Source: a virus
Taxonomy: Duplodnaviria; Heunggongvirae; Uroviricota; Caudoviricetes
DNA length: 64,000 nt
Direction: 5' to 3' (one strand)
Virus record (IMG/VR): IMGVR_UViG_3300011008_000003
Shown: positions 52,101 through 61,344 of the stretch, in pieces
Layout: each line of letters begins with the position of its first letter
Numbering within the stretch: the stretch's first letter is position 1
Notes under the pieces: model-generated
The model's database searches: none
What the model saw: only the letters and a program-made list of their open reading frames with translations
What the model was told of the DNA's origin: nothing
Program-made: the position numbers and the translations under genes

Positions 52101-52235
52101 AGATTATCCTTGTTATGTTTTCTGAACTAAATATAGAAAAACTTACAATGTAATTTTAAAGAAGTATTTTTATTTGAATTTTTTAAAAAACCGGAATTCT
52201 TATTCAGAACTCCGGTTTAAATATACTTAATTTTA

Positions 52236-53786
52236 TTAGAAACAGAATGCTAATTCTTTCCAATCTGGAAGATTTGCATACCTGAACATGTAGATATTAT
52301 GGAACAGACGAATAGAAATCAACTTTTCCTTACCTCTAATTCTAGGATCCTTCAGGAATTCGTCAGATTTCATATATTCAAGAACTTCTTTCTTGATTTC
52401 ATCATTCGAAACATCCTTGCCACGGTTATCATAGATGTGCATTGTCGGAAGGATAGATTCGATTTTGAACATAATATCTTCAGCCATGAGCTTAATATCG
52501 ACCGCAAGGTTACGAGTCAAAAGCGGCTGCATAGCGGAATTCTTTTCCAAGTCTTCCTTGAACAAATTGGAAATGAAGATACATGCACCCTGGAACTGGA
52601 AGTAATTCGGAGTACCGACCTTACCCTTATGCTGTGCCGACCAAGCAGCAAGACGTTCTTCGATTTCTTCATGGCTTTCACAACCGAACGTATCAACCAT
52701 GTCAGCACCCTTCGTATTCCAGCTAACTTCCTTAACCGCACCGGAATCGAGAACACCCTTAAGAATATTCAAACCGTCTGCATCCTGAAGAACAGAGTCA
52801 CAGTCATCGAATACGACAATCTTGTTATAATTATCGTAAAGGAACTTATACATTGCGGACGTACTAGACTTACCCTTCATGATAACATAGTCTTTGTTCT
52901 TTGTGCCGTAAGCAGCCAATATCTTATTGACATTGTAAGACTTACCAACACCACCTTGACCAGTAATAAGCAAGCCATTACGCAATCCACGAGCAACCAT
53001 GAGGACATACTTATTAAGCTGTCTAAATACAGGAAGAGGGTCTGCAATAAGCTGTTCGTCAAGTTCAGCCTGATTTTGCTTAATAGTCGGATTTTCTTCT
53101 ACCTGTTCCGGAATTTCGCCAGCGACTTCAATATCTTCATCGTCAAAAGAAGATACACTGAGTTCTTCCGGCGGTTCTGCCTCGTCAGTATCTCGAGCGT
53201 CTTTAGTTCCGAACTTTGCCTTATAACCGACTACTGAATAAACGTCTTCTTCATCAATTACACCGTCAAACCAGTAAAGAATAGAATCGAGGGAATATCC
53301 TTCTTTATACATGAGCATAATCGCCATAGTAATACTATAAGCGACTTCTCCATCCGGCGTCTGGATTTGTTCAGAGTGATAAATAGCTTCTACAGGTGCA
53401 TCAAGTGCCGAGGTTTCGCCTTTAGCAATGGATTCCAAAATCGCTTCAATAGACTTGTCACTCATGGCAAGAATATTAGAACGAGTCTGATTAGACTGGT
53501 TCTTAAATATAACCGTACGGTTCGGATTTTTACCGAACTTAGTCCAGGCAGATACGGAATGAAGCTTGTTCTTCATAAAGTTAATCCTCACGGCAGAAGT
53601 CCCGCCAATATAAAGTCTACCATTCAGCTTACCGAAACCGTTTGTGACATTTTGTGTATCAACAAACTTAAAATCCTTTCCGGACTTCTTGTTCAGTAAT
53701 CTGACAAATCCGTCAGCAAGTCCAGCAGTATCGTTATTTTCACGTGCCGGTGCAGACTCAAGCATAAATTTAGCAAATCCTACCAT
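52236..53786 (-). CDS. AAA+ ATPase with capsid-targeting-like N-terminus
   Basis: GQGGVGKS Walker A, VVFDDCD Walker B, IFISN sensor 1; MVGFAKFMLES; TATAAATA 53814-53821. Confidence 0.8.
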   Translation of the reverse strand: MVGFAKFMLESAPARENNDTAGLADGFVRLLNKKSGKDFKFVDTQNVTNGFGKLNGRLYIGGTSAVRINFMKNKLHSVSAWTKFGKNPNRTVIFKNQSNQTRSNILAMSDKSIEAILESIAKGETSALDAPVEAIYHSEQIQTPDGEVAYSITMAIMLMYKEGYSLDSILYWFDGVIDEEDVYSVVGYKAKFGTKDARDTDEAEPPEELSVSSFDDEDIEVAGEIPEQVEENPTIKQNQAELDEQLIADPLPVFRQLNKYVLMVARGLRNGLLITGQGGVGKSYNVNKILAAYGTKNKDYVIMKGKSSTSAMYKFLYDNYNKIVVFDDCDSVLQDADGLNILKGVLDSGAVKEVSWNTKGADMVDTFGCESHEEIEERLAAWSAQHKGKVGTPNYFQFQGACIFISNLFKEDLEKNSAMQPLLTRNLAVDIKLMAEDIMFKIESILPTMHIYDNRGKDVSNDEIKKEVLEYMKSDEFLKDPRIRGKEKLISIRLFHNIYMFRYANLPDWKELAFCF

Positions 53787-53816
53787 ATCTTGTATACCTT
53801 TTTTATCTTACATTAT

Positions 53817-54209
53817 TTATAAGGTTTCCTGCGCCGTTTCGGTTTCCTCATCCAGATTTTCGATTGCTACCTCGTTCCAATAATTCTTTACATACATCTG
53901 CACTTTATTCATGAATGTCGTATACTTTTCGAGATCTTGATAATAAAATTCTTCAGATGCACCTTCATATTCCAGTTTAATATCGCCGTAAAGAAAAGTC
54001 AATTTTTCTTCATTGCTAAATGAAATAAGCTCAGGTACATTACTCAATTCATAATGATCTTTCTTATCGACCATAGAATAACCAGTAATAACTGTTTTAC
54101 TTCCTATTGTCCTAAATTCACTATCTGACGGTAAAAAATAAGAGCAATTTTTCCAAATCGCACGCTTATACATCAAACATGGAACTTCCAGAAGTTTCTT
54201 GTTCTTCAT
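53817..54209 (-). CDS. C-terminal-tail family protein
   Basis: YWNEVAIENLD plus short acidic extension. Confidence 0.65.
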   Translation of the reverse strand: MKNKKLLEVPCLMYKRAIWKNCSYFLPSDSEFRTIGSKTVITGYSMVDKKDHYELSNVPELISFSNEEKLTFLYGDIKLEYEGASEEFYYQDLEKYTTFMNKVQMYVKNYWNEVAIENLDEETETAQETL

Positions 54210-54723
54210 TATAATCTTCCTTTGCTTGCTTAATCTTGTTATATACAAATGCGTAAACCAAACCAGTAGCAAGACCGATTAAATGCCCGCTGTGGCTGAT
54301 ACCGTCATTGTGCATGACTCCGCTAATTTCCTTGAACCCGTAAATAAACAACAGGATAATTCCACAAATAGAAATCCCGCGTCGTTTATCTGTAATAAAA
54401 CAGTTCAACATAAACAGGGCAAATACGAAGCCGGACAAGCCGATTGCCATTACATGTGCTACGTATGTCTGGAAAAGATAATCGACAATTGCCGTCAATA
54501 GAAATGCGCCGATATAGTTCAGCTTTCCGTAAGTCTTTTCTACGGCTGGGCTCAACATCAAGAAAAGCAGCATGTTATTCATAAAATGCTGCATATTGCC
54601 GTGCATGAATACGGCTGTAACGAAATTGTAACCAATATGATCTTTTAAAACCGTACCGATAAAACACAGTACGATTATTAAAACAGAAATGATTTCAGAC
54701 TTAAGTCCGTTAACGATTGCCAT
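54166..54723 (-). CDS. rhomboid intramembrane serine protease
   Basis: FMHG...HF.NNM, GLSG catalytic Ser, SH.GHL.G catalytic His; multiple TM segments. Confidence 0.9.
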   Translation of the reverse strand: MAIVNGLKSEIISVLIIVLCFIGTVLKDHIGYNFVTAVFMHGNMQHFMNNMLLFLMLSPAVEKTYGKLNYIGAFLLTAIVDYLFQTYVAHVMAIGLSGFVFALFMLNCFITDKRRGISICGIILLFIYGFKEISGVMHNDGISHSGHLIGLATGLVYAFVYNKIKQAKEDYNEEQETSGSSMFDV

Positions 54724-54754
54724 ATATTGTCCTTTGGTTGCTTGTTATATAGAC

Positions 54755-54788
54755 AATATAGCAAAAAGAGCTGAATATGTCAACCCTT
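54755..54788 (-). promoter_or_regulatory. composite terminator/early promoter
   Basis: AGGGTTGACATATTCAGCTCTTTTTGCTATATT. Confidence 0.8.
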
Positions 54789-55123
54789 TACAAATCCTTT
54801 AAAATATGTTTCGCTTCCCAGTTATTGAAAATAACAATCGCTTTTTCCGGATTCTTAATTGCACGTTTCATAACTGACAACGGTATATTATTGAATTGAT
54901 ATGAAAGTAATGTCTTTGTCGCACCGATTCCTATAACTTTACCGTCAACGATTTTACGTAAGTCATAAACGTTCCTAAAGCGATTCATATATACTTGTTC
55001 AAGAGAAAACCGGATATAATATCCGTCTTTACAATATTCGCCCGGAAATGTTCTGCGTTCAGTAGGTTTATAACCTAAACCTTCTACATACTTACGCATC
55101 ATTCTAAAATAATCTTGTTCCAT
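54788..55123 (-). CDS. C-terminal-tail family protein (subfamily with 56425 and 56754)
   Basis: YQFNNIPL; ends KHILKDL*. Confidence 0.65.
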   Translation of the reverse strand: MEQDYFRMMRKYVEGLGYKPTERRTFPGEYCKDGYYIRFSLEQVYMNRFRNVYDLRKIVDGKVIGIGATKTLLSYQFNNIPLSVMKRAIKNPEKAIVIFNNWEAKHILKDL

Positions 55124-55124
55124 A

Positions 55125-55571
55125 TTAACCCAACTTATCCAATGCCGCTTCGGTGTATGCCAAATTGATATACGGAGTAACCTTGTCCTTGAATTCTGTC
55201 AAGCTCAAACCGTTACTGTCAATAACGATATTCTTATAATGGAAAGAAAACGCTTCTGTCTTATAAAGGGTGACACGTTCACATGACTCATGAGTATCAG
55301 GAATTGAATATCCCATCATATCGCCATAAATCGGTTCTTCCGTGATTTTCCATCCCATTAGTTCCAAAGTCTTGTAGCCAAGACCATCTGTCCAAATCTC
55401 AAGCGGAACATCAGCGATCAACAAATCAAACTCTTCTGTACGACGATCCGACCGATACTTACGATAAACAAGTCGCGGGACATTGACTAAATCAGCCGGA
55501 CTTGCATATCGCATTCCGATAAACGCTTTCGTAAACGGATTAGTATACAAGCTGGTCTGGGAAGTACTCAT
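55125..55571 (-). CDS. C-terminal-tail family protein
   Basis: ends TEAALDKLG*. Confidence 0.7.
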   Translation of the reverse strand: MSTSQTSLYTNPFTKAFIGMRYASPADLVNVPRLVYRKYRSDRRTEEFDLLIADVPLEIWTDGLGYKTLELMGWKITEEPIYGDMMGYSIPDTHESCERVTLYKTEAFSFHYKNIVIDSNGLSLTEFKDKVTPYINLAYTEAALDKLG

Positions 55572-56042
55572 TCTGCTTCATCTCCACATGGAAATCTGTA
55601 TCGAGGCCGTTTTCCTTGAGAAATTCGATAGCCTGCTTACGCTTGTTCCAAGCCATAGCATCCATGAAATCTTCGGTGGAAATAAAGCCAGGATGGTTTT
55701 CGATGTAATTCCGGAAATAGTAATGGACATAGTTATTAGTCCTATTCGATTCCAGAACATAGAATGTAATCATTTCAACTCCGTTTTTATGGTTTACTTC
55801 AATCCTAAAATTTTATTTGCTATTCGATTCAATAATGTCATATGTGTATAGTGTACATATGTTAAAGATTCTGTAGCGGACGACCATTTGCTTTCTCCGA
55901 AAATATATACTTCTCGAATATATTTGGAACCGAAAATATTTCGTCCTTCAAATTTAACATGCGTTGGAATTTTATACATATAATTTCCAGGAAGAGCTAT
56001 TTCGCCTTCACGCATCACTTCTTTTTCATAAGACCATAACAT
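55540..56042 (-). other. two small hypothetical genes without the tail motif
   Basis: ORFs 55540-55773 and 55794-56042; leaderless promoter TTTACG-17-TATATT at 56050-56078. Confidence 0.55.
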
Positions 56043-56080
56043 ATTATTGAATATAGTAAAAGCGAATAAGTTCGTAAACC

Positions 56081-56422
56081 CTATTCCAAAGAATTTAATG
56101 CATTAATTTCCCAATAATATCGGATATACGGCCAAATAACATTAATAAAATCCGGCAAGTCCATATCTTCATTTGTAATTTTCTTATTCTCAAATACAAA
56201 TTCTATATAATCATAATCGTACAGTGCAAGCGGATTATTATCAACATAGAAATCCCCAGAATATGAACCATATATCATACAATATGTTTCTTGACCATTA
56301 TATGTTATATTAGGTTCTTTCGTACCTGGATAGAAAATCTTAAATCTTCTTTCTGTTATTTGAATACCAACCATACGGTCGTATTTATCGTTTGCTGATA
56401 CTCTTATAAACGGTTTATCCAT
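56081..56422 (-). CDS. C-terminal-tail family protein
   Basis: ends EINALNSLE*. Confidence 0.7.
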   Translation of the reverse strand: MDKPFIRVSANDKYDRMVGIQITERRFKIFYPGTKEPNITYNGQETYCMIYGSYSGDFYVDNNPLALYDYDYIEFVFENKKITNEDMDLPDFINVIWPYIRYYWEINALNSLE

Positions 56423-56424
56423 AA

Positions 56425-56754
56425 CTAGTCCAATGTTTCCAAAGATTTCGATAAAAGATAATTCTCGACATTCATTTCAAGTTTCGTTAAATCCCCGCAC
56501 AGCCATTCGATAACTTTCTTCAGCGGAATATCCCTATACTTATAACTTTCGAAACCTTTATCGCTAGAAATCAAAGATATTCTATAAGATCTTGGCGTAT
56601 TAAAGGCGTCAAGTTCATTATATACGCGGTTCACAAAAACCGCATTATGATACATTTCCACAACGAAATCACCTTTTATGAAATTCCAGTCGCCTTCTTG
56701 TACAAATCCGGCTTTTTCCAACTGAGCCCTATGTAACCTGTCAACGAAGTTCAT
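56425..56754 (-). CDS. C-terminal-tail family protein
   Basis: YKYRDIPL; ends SKSLETLD*. Confidence 0.7.
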   Translation of the reverse strand: MNFVDRLHRAQLEKAGFVQEGDWNFIKGDFVVEMYHNAVFVNRVYNELDAFNTPRSYRISLISSDKGFESYKYRDIPLKKVIEWLCGDLTKLEMNVENYLLSKSLETLD

Positions 56755-57089
56755 TATTCAAGCTCCCCTAATGACTTTTCAATTTCCATGTTATTAAGCC
56801 GCATGAGAATCTTACTCGAGTCGCCGCAAGCTATACTAATTAACGTATCTACAGGAACTGAATTATACCTGTAAGGCTCCGCCAGATTAGTAGTCGCAAT
56901 CCGTTGCTCATTGCAATCCAAAAATATATTTTCGTTCCAGATAATTACCTTAAATCCGGATTTATCGTTTTTCTCATAGGTAGCCGAATATTTAGCTGTC
57001 TGAGTAAATCCGTGATTTGATATGAAATTTTCAATAAGTCTTTGTTTTGCGTAATCTACCATAGGCTTAACGTTTATCAGGTGGTGCAT
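56754..57089 (-). CDS. C-terminal-tail family protein
   Basis: YRYNSVPV; ends EKSLGELE*; start reassigned to leaderless MHHLIN. Confidence 0.7.
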   Translation of the reverse strand: MHHLINVKPMVDYAKQRLIENFISNHGFTQTAKYSATYEKNDKSGFKVIIWNENIFLDCNEQRIATTNLAEPYRYNSVPVDTLISIACGDSSKILMRLNNMEIEKSLGELE

Positions 57090-57095
57090 ATCTGT

Positions 57096-57167
57096 AATAT
57101 AGTAAAACTTAAACATCATGTAAACCCATAAAAACGGGTTGACATATATAATGGCTTTTGCTATATT
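57096..57167. promoter_or_regulatory. back-to-back divergent early promoters, both leaderless
   Basis: - strand TTTACA-17-TATATT-6-ATG(57089); + strand TTGACA-17-TATATT-6-ATG(57174). Confidence 0.85.
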
Positions 57168-57173
57168 ATAATC

Positions 57174-57488
57174 ATGGTTCAAATACACAACGGAAAAATC
57201 AAGAATTTAAACATTAACCTTAAAACCGCGACTAAGGTCGTAGGAGATGTTTGCGTAGATGAAGATGTACTCGTACTTCGTTTTACTGTACCAAACCCAG
57301 ATTATGTAAGTAAGTCTGGTTTCTGGTCGAATATCGGACCTACTACACATGAAAACGTATATCTTGAACCGCATGATATTATCATAATCGGTGGAAACCG
57401 ATTTGAATGTACAGAAATTTCAGATTACGAAGCTACCCGCCTCGCAAAGAACATTACAACCCTTATCGACCTGGAGAAATTGGCATGA
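57174..57488 (+). CDS. C-terminal-tail family protein
   Basis: IGGNRF...TLIDLEKLA*. Confidence 0.7.
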   Translation: MVQIHNGKIKNLNINLKTATKVVGDVCVDEDVLVLRFTVPNPDYVSKSGFWSNIGPTTHENVYLEPHDIIIIGGNRFECTEISDYEATRLAKNITTLIDLEKLA

Positions 57489-57781
57489 GTCAAAACGTTA
57501 TGAAATTCAGCGGTGCAAACTGGTATGTGGTCAAGTCCTTTACCAAGATTCTGGGTATTAGCAAAACCAACGGAATCTATCTTGACAATAATGCCAGGGT
57601 TATCGAATCCAATCTATGCTCACTTACAAGAGATACAGCAGACTCTTCAAACGGCTTTACTTTATATTCCGATACCGACTATATTGAATATAACGGTAAG
57701 CGTTATACAAACAAAAATTTAGACAAGCTTAAGATGATCGTAGAAAACGAAAAGAATGAAGAGGCAATAGATGCACTCTGA
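57485..57781 (+). CDS. C-terminal-tail family protein
   Basis: YIEYNGKRY...NEEAIDAL*; start reassigned by ATGA overlap. Confidence 0.75.
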   Translation: MSQNVMKFSGANWYVVKSFTKILGISKTNGIYLDNNARVIESNLCSLTRDTADSSNGFTLYSDTDYIEYNGKRYTNKNLDKLKMIVENEKNEEAIDAL

Positions 57782-58091
57782 ACATAAACCTACATGCGTC
57801 GTTGTCGGGGGAGCATTCACTATGCATCATCTCGACATAGACCGACTTGATGAATTTACGGTAGATACAAAAAACCAATGTATCAAATTTCCATTCATTG
57901 ATTATAACTGGCATAAAGGTTTTTCAAAAGAAAGTTTTTTCTATATCTACCAAATTGATCAATATTCATTTTATATTAATGACCAATATGTACATTTTTT
58001 CTGTGAAAAAAATTTAGAAAAAGTATATTGGCATATATTCAACGAACTGCACGATAAAGTTGTCAAATATCAGCTTTCCGCATTGGAGTAA
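57771..58091 (+). CDS. C-terminal-tail family protein
   Basis: ends KYQLSALE*. Confidence 0.6.
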   Translation: MHSEHKPTCVVVGGAFTMHHLDIDRLDEFTVDTKNQCIKFPFIDYNWHKGFSKESFFYIYQIDQYSFYINDQYVHFFCEKNLEKVYWHIFNELHDKVVKYQLSALE

Positions 58092-58093
58092 CT

Positions 58094-58474
58094 ATGTACG
58101 ACGAATTATATGACAGCCTTTTAGCCGGTAAGTTTTTACGTCCTGTAGGCGAAGAAATAAAGCCTGAATGGCCTGTTATGGCATATACTACAAGTTATGG
58201 CGAAGATGAATTTTTCATAATCAAATCAATCGACGATGCTTCTCACAATGACAGCCTGTATTTAATCGGAATTGATTTTCGTCGCGTAAAAGATGGAAAA
58301 TTCGATTATGATATGAGTGACTATAATGTCCTTGATTATAGATCATGTCGAGGCCTGCATTATCTTGGAAAATATATCCGTTGCCGAGGTAAGTCTATGG
58401 AGGAATTCATTAACGAAATTACTCCGCTGGTCGCAAATTTCAATAACGAAATGGCTATCGAAAAATTGGATTAA
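58094..58474 (+). CDS. C-terminal-tail family protein
   Basis: YLGKY...NEMAIEKLD*. Confidence 0.75.
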   Translation: MYDELYDSLLAGKFLRPVGEEIKPEWPVMAYTTSYGEDEFFIIKSIDDASHNDSLYLIGIDFRRVKDGKFDYDMSDYNVLDYRSCRGLHYLGKYIRCRGKSMEEFINEITPLVANFNNEMAIEKLD

Positions 58475-58475
58475 T

Positions 58476-58823
58476 ATGAAAGTTCATCCTTGTGCAATAT
58501 TCATGAAAGAGCTTATGCCTACAGCTTATAATTCAATATATGAGCTGTGTAAGCATAATCCGATGCGTTGCGTTATTATCAATCAGATTTCGAAAGAAAG
58601 AACCTATATCGACGGGCATTTTGTAGACATAGATTATCATAATGATACTCTCGAAATTAATTATATCTGTGTTGATTTGGTTGCAGGCCTGTGCGGAATT
58701 CCGACTATGGACAGTCATTGTTATGTAATCTATAACGGTAAATCGTATCAAGACATGATGCAATTATACAAAGACTTTAAGAACAACGAACTTTCAAAAG
58801 AAATCGATGAGGCATTAGGATGA
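58476..58823 (+). CDS. C-terminal-tail family protein; tandem duplicate of next gene
   Basis: YNGKSY...SKEIDEALG*. Confidence 0.75.
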   Translation: MKVHPCAIFMKELMPTAYNSIYELCKHNPMRCVIINQISKERTYIDGHFVDIDYHNDTLEINYICVDLVAGLCGIPTMDSHCYVIYNGKSYQDMMQLYKDFKNNELSKEIDEALG

Positions 58824-59188
58824 ATATACAACCGATAGCACTTACAAGAGATTTTTGGTCTTTAAAAACTTTTAAAACCGCTGAATATCATACCTTTGAT
58901 GAGTTTTTACATTTTTTCGATGAAAATCCTATTAAATGTCTGTTCTTAAGCTATACACATACTGGCTGTACAAAAACTTATATACATGGTAATTTTATAG
59001 GTATTGAATACGAAGAAAAAGACGATGAACTTCTAATCTATTATGTTACAGATGAAGAACTTCCGCATGGTATGGTTCAAATGTGTTCAGTAGCCTATAA
59101 CGGTAAAACTTATATAGACCCATTGGAATTATATCATGTTTATCAAAATGATAAACTCGAACAAGAAATCGACGAGGCTTTAGAATGA
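58820..59188 (+). CDS. C-terminal-tail family protein
   Basis: YNGKTY...EQEIDEALE*. Confidence 0.75.
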   Translation: MNIQPIALTRDFWSLKTFKTAEYHTFDEFLHFFDENPIKCLFLSYTHTGCTKTYIHGNFIGIEYEEKDDELLIYYVTDEELPHGMVQMCSVAYNGKTYIDPLELYHVYQNDKLEQEIDEALE

Positions 59189-59502
59189 TTAAGCCATATG
59201 TCGAATGTATAAATGTCTGGACCGGAAAAAACGATATTTTTATATTGTCGCTAAATTCGGCGTCGGTTGACTATATGAAAAAATATCGTAAACTTGTCGG
59301 ATTCTTTAAGACAGACCCGTTGCATGCCGATTTAAAAATGCTTACTCCCTTATTCGGTTCCGTTTTTCATTGCGGAAATATCGTAATAAATTACGATACA
59401 AATAATAACAACTGGACGATTCGAAAAGAAGATGACTTTTGTAATCTAGTCGCGACATACGTAGAACAAGCAAGATTATCAAACGAGATAGATAACCTAT
59501 GA
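59185..59502 (+). CDS. C-terminal-tail family protein
   Basis: ends SNEIDNL*. Confidence 0.7.
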   Translation: MIKPYVECINVWTGKNDIFILSLNSASVDYMKKYRKLVGFFKTDPLHADLKMLTPLFGSVFHCGNIVINYDTNNNNWTIRKEDDFCNLVATYVEQARLSNEIDNL

Positions 59503-59864
59503 TGCATGTACTTGTGAAAAAACTTACCAATGAAGATATATTACTAAGAATGAAATTAAATAAATTTTCATTCTGTAATCTTGGTTTTGTATATTTGCCA
59601 TTCTATGCCGGTAGAATCCTTAAAAATTACCAGCCAGCCGTTACATATCATAATGTTTCATTTATCGACCTAGAACAAGATAAACTATATCCGCATATCT
59701 GGAATGTATATTATTATAATCCGGATAAATTTAAAGGCGTTGTAGTCTGGGAAGATAACGTTTCGTATGTTACTTTCAGAGATAAAAAATATATGGATAT
59801 GACGCAATTACATTTTGCCCTTGAAAATTTCAAAATGGAGAGAATGCTCAGTGTGCTCGACTAA
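59499..59864 (+). CDS. C-terminal-tail family protein
   Basis: FRDKKY...ERMLSVLD*. Confidence 0.7.
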   Translation: MMHVLVKKLTNEDILLRMKLNKFSFCNLGFVYLPFYAGRILKNYQPAVTYHNVSFIDLEQDKLYPHIWNVYYYNPDKFKGVVVWEDNVSYVTFRDKKYMDMTQLHFALENFKMERMLSVLD

Positions 59865-60171
59865 AATTAAATTCATGCAATTCGTCAATGACCCAAATAT
59901 CGAGATCGATAAATATCAGATTATTCATGTAGGCGTCGGCTCTCATGAATATTTCCGGTATACCGACTTGCGTTTTTGCGGTCTGACATATAAAGACGAT
60001 ACATTCTATATTTTCTGGGATTCTCCGCATGACTATTACAGCGATGCGTTTACCTGGGACGATGAGTCATTTATCGTATATCAACACACGATATATACAG
60101 ATTTAAAACAGCTTGCTTTAAAACTCACTAATGACGCAAACGAACGCGATATTGATGAAGCGCTTGGATAA
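59815..60171 (+). CDS. C-terminal-tail family protein (start uncertain)
   Basis: YQHTIY...ERDIDEALG*. Confidence 0.7.
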   Translation: MPLKISKWRECSVCSTKIKFMQFVNDPNIEIDKYQIIHVGVGSHEYFRYTDLRFCGLTYKDDTFYIFWDSPHDYYSDAFTWDDESFIVYQHTIYTDLKQLALKLTNDANERDIDEALG

Positions 60172-60203
60172 GGGTTGACACGTTCAGCCCTTTTTGCTAT
60201 ATT
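60171..60203 (+). promoter_or_regulatory. composite terminator/early promoter, leaderless
   Basis: AGGGTTGA-CACGT-TCAGCCCT-TTTTGC-TATATT-6 nt-ATG. Confidence 0.85.
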
Positions 60204-60209
60204 GTCAAT

Positions 60210-60575
60210 ATGACTGATGCTGAATTTTTAAAACTGCCGCATATTGCCATATGCGTTTATAATGATTCGGACCATGATTTCTTTTACGATTATTTCCTGC
60301 TATCGCCTGTTGAAGAACCGGTTTTATATGATAAAATTCATAAGTTAAATGTCGTCGGTTCTTATGTAATGGACCGCTCTAATAACCAATGTAAGCTGGA
60401 ATTTCCTGAGCTTAATTATTCTATGAATTTTTACGACTCAGACAGCTTTGAATTCATCGACAAGGATTTTAGAATTAAATTTGACAATCCTCTTAAGTTT
60501 AACGAATTGGCACAGAAGCTTGTCATGCACCTGAAAAATGAAATAACCAAAAAGGCAATTAACGATTTGGAGTAA
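60210..60575 (+). CDS. C-terminal-tail family protein
   Basis: ends KKAINDLE*. Confidence 0.7.
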   Translation: MTDAEFLKLPHIAICVYNDSDHDFFYDYFLLSPVEEPVLYDKIHKLNVVGSYVMDRSNNQCKLEFPELNYSMNFYDSDSFEFIDKDFRIKFDNPLKFNELAQKLVMHLKNEITKKAINDLE

Positions 60576-60577
60576 AT

Positions 60578-60970
60578 ATGAGTTGTTATCGTCAAATTGA
60601 TTTACGTAAATGCTGTTATTTTAAGTTCACCACATACGAGGATGGAACTCAGTATTTCGTTCTCAGACCCGGTACTTTAGTAGAGCATGAAGGCGACGAA
60701 CACGGAATGTCTGTTTGTGGCGCATTTGGAGTCTATGATAGTTATTCTATAGCATTTACTGTACCTAAAACATTAGATATTTGCCATACATTTTATTATA
60801 GCCAAAAATGGGAATTCCACGACGGTTCGAATTATTTTAAAGTCGAAAATTCTGAAACTTCTCATAATAGTCGTGGTGAAATCTACCATCGATTTATTCA
60901 GAATATCGGCAAAATTAATATGTATCTCGAAAACAAATATATGAAAGAAGCAATTGACGACTTAGCATAA
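60578..60970 (+). CDS. C-terminal-tail family protein
   Basis: ends KEAIDDLA*. Confidence 0.75.
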   Translation: MSCYRQIDLRKCCYFKFTTYEDGTQYFVLRPGTLVEHEGDEHGMSVCGAFGVYDSYSIAFTVPKTLDICHTFYYSQKWEFHDGSNYFKVENSETSHNSRGEIYHRFIQNIGKINMYLENKYMKEAIDDLA

Positions 60971-61326
60971 TGACAATACAAGAAAGCCCTATACAGATTC
61001 GTTACTATACTCCCGGTGTCGATTTCGCTCGATACATTATTCCGAATATTCACGATGCTTCAGCTACTCCTTGGTTTACTGACAAGATGATAATCGTAAA
61101 CGGTATATACGGACATGAGAATTTCAACCAGGAAGATTTCTATGACGACAGCAATATAAACATTCGACTGTTGCCGACTTATAAGATTCAAGTCTATTAT
61201 AACGATACATGGTTTGAATATAATCCGTATAAGGATTCGTATGAAAAATTCCAAGACTGCTTCAATTTTATCTTATCCTGCTATGAACATTGCATGACGA
61301 TAAACACTATTGACGAACTGGAATAG
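60970..61326 (+). CDS. C-terminal-tail family protein
   Basis: ends INTIDELE*; tail codons contain the -35 of the next promoter. Confidence 0.75.
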   Translation: MTIQESPIQIRYYTPGVDFARYIIPNIHDASATPWFTDKMIIVNGIYGHENFNQEDFYDDSNINIRLLPTYKIQVYYNDTWFEYNPYKDSYEKFQDCFNFILSCYEHCMTINTIDELE

Positions 61327-61344
61327 TTTTGCTATATTAAAGCC

